From Flavobacteriaceae bacterium (lineage in GTDB: Bacteria > Bacteroidota > Bacteroidia > Flavobacteriales > Flavobacteriaceae): a DNA stretch of 64,000 nucleotides. The stretch covers positions 3,327 through 67,326 of the forward strand of contig DASSWG010000006.1 in the NCBI GenBank assembly GCA_035705295.1. Reading direction: 5' to 3'. Positions 53,194 to 61,958 of this stretch are shown piece by piece; the first letter of the stretch is position 1; each line of letters begins with the position of its first letter. The notes under the pieces were generated by a model. The model was not told the origin of the DNA, did no database searches, and saw nothing but the letters and a program-made list of their open reading frames with translations. The translations under genes were made by a program, and so were the position numbers.

Positions 53194-55749
53194 TTATCCT
53201 TCCGTTTTTGTTTTGGGCTTCTCGATCTGGATTTTCAATTCGTTGGAACCTTTGTCGAGGTCCATATAAATGGTGTCACCTTCGGAAATTTTTGAAGTGA
53301 TGATTTCTTCTGCCAAGGCATCTTCAATATATTTCTGGATCGCACGGTTAAGCGGCCGCGCGCCGTATTGTTGGTCAAAACCTTTGTCGGCGATAAAGTC
53401 TTTCGCTTTGTCGCTCAATTTTAGGTCATAGCCCAAACCGTCAATTCGTTTGAACAATTTTTCCAATTCAATATCGATGATTTTATGAATGTCTTCCCGA
53501 TCCAACCCATTGAAGATCACCACATCGTCGATACGGTTCAAAAACTCGGGCGCAAAAGCTTTTTTCAATGCGTTTTCGATCACGCCTTTGGCATGCGTAT
53601 CCACTTGCGCTTTTTGCGCGGCAGTTCCAAATCCGACCCCTTGCCCGAAATCTTTCAATTTTCGCGAACCGATGTTGGAGGTCATTATGATAATGCTGTT
53701 TTTAAAATCGATTTTCCTGCCAAGGCTATCGGTCAAATATCCGTCGTCCAAAACTTGCAACAACATATTAAAAACGTCGGGATGCGCTTTTTCAACCTCG
53801 TCGAGCAAAATAACGGAATAGGGTTTGCGGCGTACTTTTTCCGAAAGTTGACCACCTTCTTCATAGCCGACATAGCCCGGAGGCGCCCCGATCAATCGTG
53901 AAATTGCGAATTTTTCCATGTATTCGCTCATATCGATTCGGATCAGCGCATCTTCATTGTCGAACAGTTCGCGCGCCAATACTTTTGCCAATTGGGTTTT
54001 TCCCACTCCGGTTTGCCCCAAGAAAATAAAGGAACCAATGGGTCTGTCGGGGTCTTTCAAACCGGCCCGGTTGCGTTGAATGGCTTTTACCACTTTTCCA
54101 ACGGCTTCGTCTTGGCCAATTACTTTTCCTTTGATCAATTTTGGCAGTTCCGCCAATTTGTTGATTTCGGTTTGGGCGATCCGGTTCACTGGGATTCCGG
54201 TCATCATGGAAACCACATCGGCAACATTGTCTTCTGTGACGGTTTCTCGGTGTTGTTTGGACTCTTCCTCCCACTGTTTTTGGGCGATTTCCAATTCTTT
54301 TTCCAGTTTTTTCTCATCGTCGCGAAGCTTGGCGGCTTCTTCATATTTTTGTTTTTTTACCACCGAATTTTTCAAACCTTTGACCGCGTCGAGTTCTTTT
54401 TCCAGTTCCAAAATTTGTTTGGGAACATGAATATTGGTGATGTGGACACGCGATCCGGCCTCGTCCAACGCGTCGATGGCCTTGTCGGGAAGAAAACGGT
54501 CGGTCATATAGCGGTTGGTGAGTTTCACGCAAGCAGCGATTGCTTCATCGGTATATTCGACATTGTGGTGTTCCTCGTATTTATTTTTGATATTGTTCAA
54601 AATTTCGATGGTTTCCGGAACGGAAGTTGGCTCGATGATCACTTTCTGAAACCTGCGTTCCAACGCGCCGTCTTTTTCAATGTGCTGGCGATATTCGTCC
54701 AAAGTCGTTGCCCCGATGCATTGTAGTTCGCCAGTTGCCAAGGCGGGTTTGAACATATTGCTGGCGTCCAAACTTCCAGTGGCGCCACCTGCCCCGACAA
54801 TGGTATGTATTTCGTCGATGAACAAAATGATGTCGTCGTTTTTTTCAAGTTCGTTCATTACCGCTTTCATGCGTTCTTCAAATTGTCCGCGGTATTTGGT
54901 GCCGGCTACCAAACTCGCCAAATCAAGTGTCACCACACGTTTGTCGAACAATATTCTGGAAACTTTTCGTTGAATGATTCGAAGGGACAAGCCCTCGGCA
55001 ATGGCACTTTTTCCAACGCCGGGTTCGCCGATCAACAAAGGGTTGTTTTTTTTCCTTCGGCTTAAAATTTGGGAAACCCGTTCAATTTCTTTTTCCCTGC
55101 CGACCACTGGGTCCAATTTTCCTTCGTCGGCCAATGCGGTCAAATCGCGGCCAAAATTGTCCAAAACCGGGGTTTTGGATTTTTTGGTAGTTTTTCCAGG
55201 GTTTCCGGTGTTTCCAAAAGGGGTGTTTTTGGCACTATCACCCGAAGGATTTTCTTCTTCGGAAAAAGATTCGGAAGTGGGCGAGCCCAAATAGCCATCA
55301 TCTTGGGTGATCATGGATTTGAATTCATCTTTTACGTTGTCGTAATCTACTTTCATTTTGTTCAAAAGCTTGGTGGTGGGGTCGTTTTCGTTTCTTAAAA
55401 TGCACAACAACAAATGTGCGGTGTTGATGGAAGAGCTTTGAAAAAGTTTTGCTTCCAAAAAAGTGGTTTTCAATGCCCGTTCCGCTTGGCGTGTCAAATG
55501 CAGGTTTTTCTTTTTGTTGGATACGGTTGCAATGCCTGGGTTCGCCGGACTGAGAATTTCCACTTTCTTGCGAAGGTGGTTCAAATCGATTTCCAATGAA
55601 TCCAATATATCGATCGCCTTCCCACTGCCGTCACGCAGCAGTCCCAGCATCAAATGTTCGGTGCCTATAAAATCGTGCCCCAAACGCAAGGCTTCTTCTT
55701 TGCTGTACGTGATTACATCTTTGACTCGTGGTGAAAAATTATCGTCCAT
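53194..55749 (-). CDS. clpC: ATP-dependent Clp protease ATP-binding subunit (ClpC-type, two AAA+ modules with UVR motif)
   Basis: 851 aa. Clp_N repeats; Walker A GEPGVGKSA and GQTGVGKTQ; UVR-like ..KKQKYEEAAKLRDDEKKLEKEL..; ..RPLNRAIQ... Confidence 0.93.
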   Translation of the reverse strand: MDDNFSPRVKDVITYSKEEALRLGHDFIGTEHLMLGLLRDGSGKAIDILDSLEIDLNHLRKKVEILSPANPGIATVSNKKKNLHLTRQAERALKTTFLEAKLFQSSSINTAHLLLCILRNENDPTTKLLNKMKVDYDNVKDEFKSMITQDDGYLGSPTSESFSEEENPSGDSAKNTPFGNTGNPGKTTKKSKTPVLDNFGRDLTALADEGKLDPVVGREKEIERVSQILSRRKKNNPLLIGEPGVGKSAIAEGLSLRIIQRKVSRILFDKRVVTLDLASLVAGTKYRGQFEERMKAVMNELEKNDDIILFIDEIHTIVGAGGATGSLDASNMFKPALATGELQCIGATTLDEYRQHIEKDGALERRFQKVIIEPTSVPETIEILNNIKNKYEEHHNVEYTDEAIAACVKLTNRYMTDRFLPDKAIDALDEAGSRVHITNIHVPKQILELEKELDAVKGLKNSVVKKQKYEEAAKLRDDEKKLEKELEIAQKQWEEESKQHRETVTEDNVADVVSMMTGIPVNRIAQTEINKLAELPKLIKGKVIGQDEAVGKVVKAIQRNRAGLKDPDRPIGSFIFLGQTGVGKTQLAKVLARELFDNEDALIRIDMSEYMEKFAISRLIGAPPGYVGYEEGGQLSEKVRRKPYSVILLDEVEKAHPDVFNMLLQVLDDGYLTDSLGRKIDFKNSIIIMTSNIGSRKLKDFGQGVGFGTAAQKAQVDTHAKGVIENALKKAFAPEFLNRIDDVVIFNGLDREDIHKIIDIELEKLFKRIDGLGYDLKLSDKAKDFIADKGFDQQYGARPLNRAIQKYIEDALAEEIITSKISEGDTIYMDLDKGSNELKIQIEKPKTKTEG

Positions 55750-55991
55750 TTTTTAAACGCCTTTGTTAGATTTTACATTCTAATTTATTCAAAAACCATA
55801 CCTATTAATCTTGAATAGCTAATTGACAAAATAAAGTTGTGGTTTCAAAATTTTGTTGCCTGAACTTATCAACTAAACTACAACAAAAATTTGTTAATAA
55901 AAACCCGTCGAAAGAACGGGCAAAATGGCATAATAACAGATAATATCCGTAAATTGCCTCGTTAAAAATTAGAATTACAAATCTACTATTT

Positions 55992-58514
55992 ATGGCTGAA
56001 GGAGAAAAGCTGATCCCCATCAATATTGAAGATGAAATGAAGACCGCGTACATCGATTATTCGATGTCGGTCATCGTGTCACGTGCCTTGCCCGACGTGC
56101 GCGACGGTTTGAAACCTGTTCACAGAAGGGTTTTGTTCGGAATGCATGAACTGGGCGTAACTTCCAACCGCGCCCATAAAAAGTCCGCAAGGATTGTGGG
56201 GGAGGTTTTGGGAAAATACCACCCGCACGGCGACACCTCCGTTTATGACACCATGGTTCGAATGGCGCAAGAGTGGAGTTTGCGCTATATGTTGATTGAC
56301 GGGCAAGGAAATTTTGGTTCTGTCGATGGCGATAGGCCGGCAGCAATGCGTTACACCGAAGCACGGATGCGCAAAATCAGTGAAGATATGTTGGCCGATA
56401 TCGACAAGGAAACCGTCGATCACAAATTGAATTTTGACGACACCTTGAAAGAACCCACCGTACTGCCTTCTCGAATTCCCAATTTATTGGTAAATGGTGC
56501 AAGTGGAATCGCGGTCGGAATGGCAACCAATATGCCTCCGCACAATTTATCGGAAGTGGTGGACGGAACCATTGCCTATATCGAAAACAACGAGATTGAA
56601 ATCGATGAATTGATCACCCATATAAAAGCCCCCGATTTTCCTACCGGCGGAATTATTTATGGTTATGATGGCGTGAAAGAAGCATTCAAAACCGGAAGGG
56701 GAAGAATTGTTATGCGGGCGAAAACCCATATGGAAGAAGTTGGTGGAAAAGAATGCATTATTGTTTCGGAAATCCCCTACCAAGTCAATAAAGCGGATAT
56801 GATCAAAAAAACCGCCGATTTGGTGAACGACAAAAAAATTGACGGAATTTCCCTTATTCGTGATGAATCGGATCGAAAAGGAATGCGGATTGTATATTTT
56901 TTGAAACGCGATGCCGTTCCGAACGTGGTACTGAACACCTTGTTCAAACATACGGCTTTGCAATCCTCTTTTAGTGTGAACAACATTGCTTTGGTCAAAG
57001 GAAGACCGGAAATGCTCAACCTAAAGGATATGATCCGTCATTTTGTGGATCATCGACATGAAGTTGTGGTGCGAAGAACGGAATACGAACTTCGAAAAGC
57101 GCAAGAGCGCGCGCATATTTTGGAAGGCTTGATCATTGCTTCGGACAATATTGACGAAGTAATTGCACTCATAAGGGCTTCCAGCAACGCGGACGAGGCC
57201 CGAAGCAAATTGATAGAGCGTTTTGAACTTAGTGAAATCCAAGCAAAAGCCATTGTTGAAATGCGTTTGCGTCAACTTACCGGTCTGGAACAGGACAAGT
57301 TGCGCACGGAATATGAAGAATTGATGAAGACCATCGAGGATTTGAAGGATATTTTGGCAAACAAAGACCGCCGAATGGAGATCATCAAAGAAGAATTGTT
57401 GGAGGTCAAAGAAAAATATGGAGATGAACGCCGTTCCGAAATCGAATATGCAGGGGGCGATTTGAGCATGGAAGATATGATTCCCGATGAAAAAGTGGTG
57501 ATCACCATTTCGCATGCCGGTTACATCAAACGAACTTCCTTGTCCGAATACAAAAAACAAAATAGAGGAGGAGTGGGGCAAAAAGGATCCACCACCCGAA
57601 ACGAAGATTTCTTGGAATATTTGTTCGTGGGCACCAACCACCAATACATGATTTTCTTCACCCAAGCGGGAAAATGTTATTGGATGCGGGTTTTTGAAAT
57701 TCCGGAAGGAAGCAAGACCTCCAAAGGAAGGGCCATTCAAAATTTGGTGAACATTGACCCTGAAGATAAAGTGAAAGCATTTATTTGCACCCAAGATTTA
57801 AAAGACGAAGAATACATCAACAGTCATTATGTCATTATGGCCACCAAGAAAGGGCAAGTGAAAAAGACTTCGTTGGAACAATATTCGCGCCCACGGACCA
57901 ATGGTATCAATGCGATCACGATTCGCGAAGGCGACGAATTGCTTTCCGCAAGGCTCACCACGGGCGACAGCCATGTGATGTTGGGCTTAAAAAGTGGAAA
58001 AGCCATCCGTTTTGAAGAAAGCAAAACCCGCCCAATGGGTAGAAATGCTTCCGGTGTGCGCGGAATCCGCTTGGCGAACGACAAGGACGAAGTGGTCGGC
58101 TTGGTGGCCGTGAACGATATGGAAACCGATATTTTGGTGGTTTCCGAAAATGGCTATGGAAAACGTTCCAGCCTGGACGATTACCGAATTACCAACCGCG
58201 GAGGAAAAGGGGTGAAAACCATTTCCATTACCCCAAAAACAGGGGAGTTGGTTTCCATACTGAACGTTTCCGATCAAGATGATTTGATGATCATCAACAA
58301 GTCGGGAATTGCCATTCGCATGGCCGTGGAAAATTTACGGGTAATGGGCCGTGCCACCCAAGGTGTTCGATTGATCAACCTTAGGGAAGGTGATGCAATT
58401 GCAGCGGTCGCAAAAGTGATGCAAGAGGAAGAAGATGCCGACGAACTGGATGACCTATCGGAAGATCAGACCAATGATGGCACAACTATTGCAAATAACG
58501 ACGAAGAAGAATAA
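55992..58514 (+). CDS. gyrA: DNA gyrase subunit A
   Basis: 840 aa. ..YIDYSMSVIVSRALPDVRDGLKPVHRRVLF.., ..HPHGDTSVYDTMVRMAQ.., catalytic ..AAMRYTEARM.., C-terminal beta-pinwheel repeats and an acidic tail. Confidence 0.96.
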   Translation: MAEGEKLIPINIEDEMKTAYIDYSMSVIVSRALPDVRDGLKPVHRRVLFGMHELGVTSNRAHKKSARIVGEVLGKYHPHGDTSVYDTMVRMAQEWSLRYMLIDGQGNFGSVDGDRPAAMRYTEARMRKISEDMLADIDKETVDHKLNFDDTLKEPTVLPSRIPNLLVNGASGIAVGMATNMPPHNLSEVVDGTIAYIENNEIEIDELITHIKAPDFPTGGIIYGYDGVKEAFKTGRGRIVMRAKTHMEEVGGKECIIVSEIPYQVNKADMIKKTADLVNDKKIDGISLIRDESDRKGMRIVYFLKRDAVPNVVLNTLFKHTALQSSFSVNNIALVKGRPEMLNLKDMIRHFVDHRHEVVVRRTEYELRKAQERAHILEGLIIASDNIDEVIALIRASSNADEARSKLIERFELSEIQAKAIVEMRLRQLTGLEQDKLRTEYEELMKTIEDLKDILANKDRRMEIIKEELLEVKEKYGDERRSEIEYAGGDLSMEDMIPDEKVVITISHAGYIKRTSLSEYKKQNRGGVGQKGSTTRNEDFLEYLFVGTNHQYMIFFTQAGKCYWMRVFEIPEGSKTSKGRAIQNLVNIDPEDKVKAFICTQDLKDEEYINSHYVIMATKKGQVKKTSLEQYSRPRTNGINAITIREGDELLSARLTTGDSHVMLGLKSGKAIRFEESKTRPMGRNASGVRGIRLANDKDEVVGLVAVNDMETDILVVSENGYGKRSSLDDYRITNRGGKGVKTISITPKTGELVSILNVSDQDDLMIINKSGIAIRMAVENLRVMGRATQGVRLINLREGDAIAAVAKVMQEEEDADELDDLSEDQTNDGTTIANNDEEE

Positions 58515-58532
58515 AAACCAAAAACCAAAAAA

Positions 58533-59789
58533 ATGAAAAAGAAAATTTTAACCATCGCACTTTCTTTGGCCACGGTTATGGCATTTTCACAAAAAAAGGA
58601 AATCCGAAACGCGGAAGACGCCATTGAAGAAGGAAACTATACTGAAGCAAAATCGCTTTTGAAGCAAGTGGAAAGTCAAATTTCCGAAGAGAGCGAAAAC
58701 ACCCAAACCGATTATTATTTGGCAAAAGCCCAAGCCTATTTGGGAGCGAACAATGGTTCCGCCACTTCGATGGAGGACCTTATGATTGCTGCCGAAGCCT
58801 ATAACAAAGTGAAAGAACTCGGCGAAGAGGAAGCTGCCGATACCGGGATTATGGCCGTAAGAAACGCTTTGGTGAATTCCGCCATTACGGATCAAAACAA
58901 TAAAAAATACGGAGATGCGGCAAAAAAGTTATATAAAAGCTACCAAATGAACAAAATAGACACTGTTTATTTGTATTATGCCGCAAACCTTTCGTTGAAC
59001 GGCAAGGACTACGATTCCGCTTTGAAATATTACAAAGAATTGATGGAGCTTGGCTACGATGGAAGTGAAACGCAATTTGTGGCCACCGATATTGCAACCG
59101 GCGAGGTGAAAACTTTTTCTTCCAAAGAAGAGCGTGACCTATTTGTGAAAAGTGGCGAATACAACAACCCCCAAACTAAAGCAATTCCTTCCAAAAAAGG
59201 GGAAATAGCCAAAAACATTGCGTTGATTTATATTCAGCAGGACAAATTGGACTTGGCGAAAGAAGCCATGGCAAGCGCAAAAGCAGAAAACCCCGATGAC
59301 ATTGGGTTGCTGCAGGCCGAGGCGAATATGTACTATAACTTGGGAAAAGTTGATAAATACAATCAATTGATGAAAGAGATTGTAAAAAAAGACCCCGAAA
59401 ATGCCACGTTGTATTACAATTTGGCCGTTACCTCGGCAGAACTTGGCGATACCAAAGGAGCGATAGAATACTACAAAAAAGCCATTGAATTTGATCCAGC
59501 TATGGAAGCGGCCTATTTCAATTTGGCGGCGACTATTTTGGAAAAAGAAGATGCAATTTTGGAACAGATGAACAAAGCATTGGCCGACGGAAACAATTCA
59601 AAATACGATGAACTGGCCGCCCAGCGAAAAGAAACCTACCAACAAGCGTTGCCCTATTTGGAAAAAGCAAAGGAACTTGCCCCGGACAATGAAGGGGTTT
59701 TGCGCACAATGATGAATATTTATTATGTGTTGGGAAACAACGAAAAAGCTAAAGAAATGAAAACAAAATTGGATGCTTTGGGCAAGTAA
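58533..59789 (+). CDS. tetratricopeptide repeat (TPR) protein with signal peptide
   Basis: 418 aa. Signal peptide MKKKILTIALSLATVMAFSQ. Repeated A/Y/L-rich TPR helices (..ATLYYNLAVTSAELGDTKGAIEYYKKAIEFDP..). Confidence 0.8.
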   Translation: MKKKILTIALSLATVMAFSQKKEIRNAEDAIEEGNYTEAKSLLKQVESQISEESENTQTDYYLAKAQAYLGANNGSATSMEDLMIAAEAYNKVKELGEEEAADTGIMAVRNALVNSAITDQNNKKYGDAAKKLYKSYQMNKIDTVYLYYAANLSLNGKDYDSALKYYKELMELGYDGSETQFVATDIATGEVKTFSSKEERDLFVKSGEYNNPQTKAIPSKKGEIAKNIALIYIQQDKLDLAKEAMASAKAENPDDIGLLQAEANMYYNLGKVDKYNQLMKEIVKKDPENATLYYNLAVTSAELGDTKGAIEYYKKAIEFDPAMEAAYFNLAATILEKEDAILEQMNKALADGNNSKYDELAAQRKETYQQALPYLEKAKELAPDNEGVLRTMMNIYYVLGNNEKAKEMKTKLDALGK

Positions 59790-59815
59790 GTAAGGTTTTT
59801 AAAATTTAGAGTAAT

Positions 59816-59847
59816 AAAAAAATGCGCTTTAACGAGCGCATTTTTTT
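59816..59847. terminator. bidirectional rho-independent terminator between the TPR (+) and C40 peptidase (-) genes
   Basis: atgcgct / agcgcat 7-bp stem flanked by an A-run and a T-run. Confidence 0.7.
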
Positions 59848-60595
59848 ATATAATTTTTTTGATCACCCGAAGGTTGTGGGAATATTTTTTGGTGTCCACA
59901 TTGAAAATCCCGCTGTGGTCCAACCGGTCGATGCGCACTTTTCCGTGCGCGTGGATGATGTAATTGTTTTCCATAATTATTCCAACGTGGACAATCGCTC
60001 CTTCCGCATTGTCGAAAAAAGCCAAGTCGCCCGGCTCACTTTCTTCAATAAAACTCAACACTTCCCCTTGTTCTGCCTGCTGTGATGCATCTCGTGAAAG
60101 TCTATGGCCGTTCAATCGGTAAACCATTTGTGTCAATCCGCTGCAATCGATCCCAAAAGGGGTTTTTCCACCCCATAAATACGGGGCGTTCAGGTATAAA
60201 GAGGCGGTTTTTGTAAAGTTGGACTTTTCCTTTTTTCCCCTGGTGCTATTACCTTCGTATGAATTTTCGAACAAGGCAATTCCGTTCAAATTGGAACCCA
60301 ACGGAACGGGAACGAGCGATTTGTTTTTGTCGATGGAAAATTCTACCAAATCGGACACTAAAACCGGTTCGCTTTCATTCAATGATTTGTAATTCTCCTT
60401 GGTGATTTCGACAAATTGCTTGTTGTCCGCCCAGCCTTCATAATTGTCAAAAGCAATGCGTATTTTGCTCCAGTTTTTTCGCTGTTCCAATATTTTGAAA
60501 TGATCGCCGTACAAAAGCTGGGAAACCATTTCACTTTTATCGGTAGGGTCCATTCGAACGGCAACAATGCCGAGATTGCAAATTCCGTATTGCAT
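59846..60595 (-). CDS. C40 (NlpC/P60) family peptidase with N-terminal SH3b domain
   Basis: 249 aa. ..YLWGGKTPFGIDCSGLTQMVY.. (catalytic Cys) and ..GDLAFFDNAEGAIVHVGII.. (His). Confidence 0.88.
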   Translation of the reverse strand: MQYGICNLGIVAVRMDPTDKSEMVSQLLYGDHFKILEQRKNWSKIRIAFDNYEGWADNKQFVEITKENYKSLNESEPVLVSDLVEFSIDKNKSLVPVPLGSNLNGIALFENSYEGNSTRGKKEKSNFTKTASLYLNAPYLWGGKTPFGIDCSGLTQMVYRLNGHRLSRDASQQAEQGEVLSFIEESEPGDLAFFDNAEGAIVHVGIIMENNYIIHAHGKVRIDRLDHSGIFNVDTKKYSHNLRVIKKII

Positions 60596-60663
60596 CTATT
60601 GAAAAAAAAATTAACGTGAACCCTGTGTGGGATTATTTTTTCTGCTCATAAAAAACAAAGCCG

Positions 60664-61845
60664 TTAGCATTTTTCGATCACCATTGCCGAAGCGCCGCCA
60701 CCTCCATTACAAATTGCGGCCGCGCCAATTTTTCCGTTGTTTTGTTCCAAGACGTTCAAAAGTGTGATCAATATCCGTGCGCCAGAACAGCCCAGCGGAT
60801 GGCCCAAAGAAACCGCGCCCCCGTTTACGTTCACGTTTTTATCGGAAAGCCCCAAAATTTTCATATTGGCCAAGCCAACCACCGAAAAAGCTTCGTTGAA
60901 TTCAAAATAATCCACTTCGTCCAAAGAAACATTTGCTTTGTCCAAAGCTTTTGGCAAAGCTTTTGCCGGAGCTGTGGTGAACCATTCGGGTTCCTGGGCT
61001 GCATCGGCGAAGCCTTTGATGACTGCCAAAGGTTTCAACCCCATTTCTTCCGCTTTTTCTTTGCTCATCAACACCATTGCCGCGGCGCCGTCGTTTATTG
61101 TTGAAGCATTAGCGGCAGTGACCGTTCCATCTTTGGTGAAAGCAGGTCGCAAGGACGAAATTTTTTCCATTTTCACGTTTTTGTATTCTTCATCTTCGGA
61201 AACCACAATTGGTTCACCACGACGTTGTGGCACTTCCACCGGAACAATTTCATTGCTGAATTTCTCTTCTTCCCAAGCTTTTTTGGAACGTTCGTACGAT
61301 TGCACCGCAAAAGCATCTTGTTCTTCGCGCGAAAAATTGTGTTCCGTGGCACAAAGATCGGCGCAAGTTCCCATTGCTTCCTGGTTATAGGCATCGACCA
61401 AGCCATCTTTTTGCATGCCGTCTTCCATTGTTTTCGGGCCGAATTTTTGGCCATTTCGAAGGTGCATATAATGTGGAATCAAACTCATATTTTCCATTCC
61501 GCCGGCAACCACGATTTCCGCATCGCCGGTCATGATCGCTTGTGCGCCCAGCATCACCGATTTCATTCCGCTGGCACAAACTTTGTTTACGGTCGTGCAG
61601 GCAACGTCGGTCGGAATTCCAGCACCCAAAGCAGCTTGGCGTGCGGGAGCTTGCCCGTTACCGGCTTGGACCACATTCCCCATAAAAACTTCATTGACCA
61701 ATTCGGGTTTTAAATTGATGGCTTCCAAAGCGCCTTTGATGGCGATTGCCCCCAATTTTGTGGCCGGAACGGAAGACAAACTTCCCAAAAAACTCCCGAT
61801 CGGGGTACGTTTTGCACTTACAATTACAATTTCTTTATTTTTCAT
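60664..61845 (-). CDS. acetyl-CoA C-acetyltransferase (thiolase II)
   Basis: 393 aa. ..VNKVCASGMKSV.. (active Cys), ..NVNGGAVSLGHPLGCSGARIL.., ..ICNGGGGASAMVIE... Confidence 0.93.
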   Translation of the reverse strand: MKNKEIVIVSAKRTPIGSFLGSLSSVPATKLGAIAIKGALEAINLKPELVNEVFMGNVVQAGNGQAPARQAALGAGIPTDVACTTVNKVCASGMKSVMLGAQAIMTGDAEIVVAGGMENMSLIPHYMHLRNGQKFGPKTMEDGMQKDGLVDAYNQEAMGTCADLCATEHNFSREEQDAFAVQSYERSKKAWEEEKFSNEIVPVEVPQRRGEPIVVSEDEEYKNVKMEKISSLRPAFTKDGTVTAANASTINDGAAAMVLMSKEKAEEMGLKPLAVIKGFADAAQEPEWFTTAPAKALPKALDKANVSLDEVDYFEFNEAFSVVGLANMKILGLSDKNVNVNGGAVSLGHPLGCSGARILITLLNVLEQNNGKIGAAAICNGGGGASAMVIEKC

Positions 61846-61958
61846 TGGTGGTGTTTTTAGTTTTGGAATTGCGAATTTAAGAATTTTCTCAACAACCCGC
61901 CAAAGCTTCTTCCATTGCCCTTTATTTTTTCATTATATTTGACGTACAACAACAATGC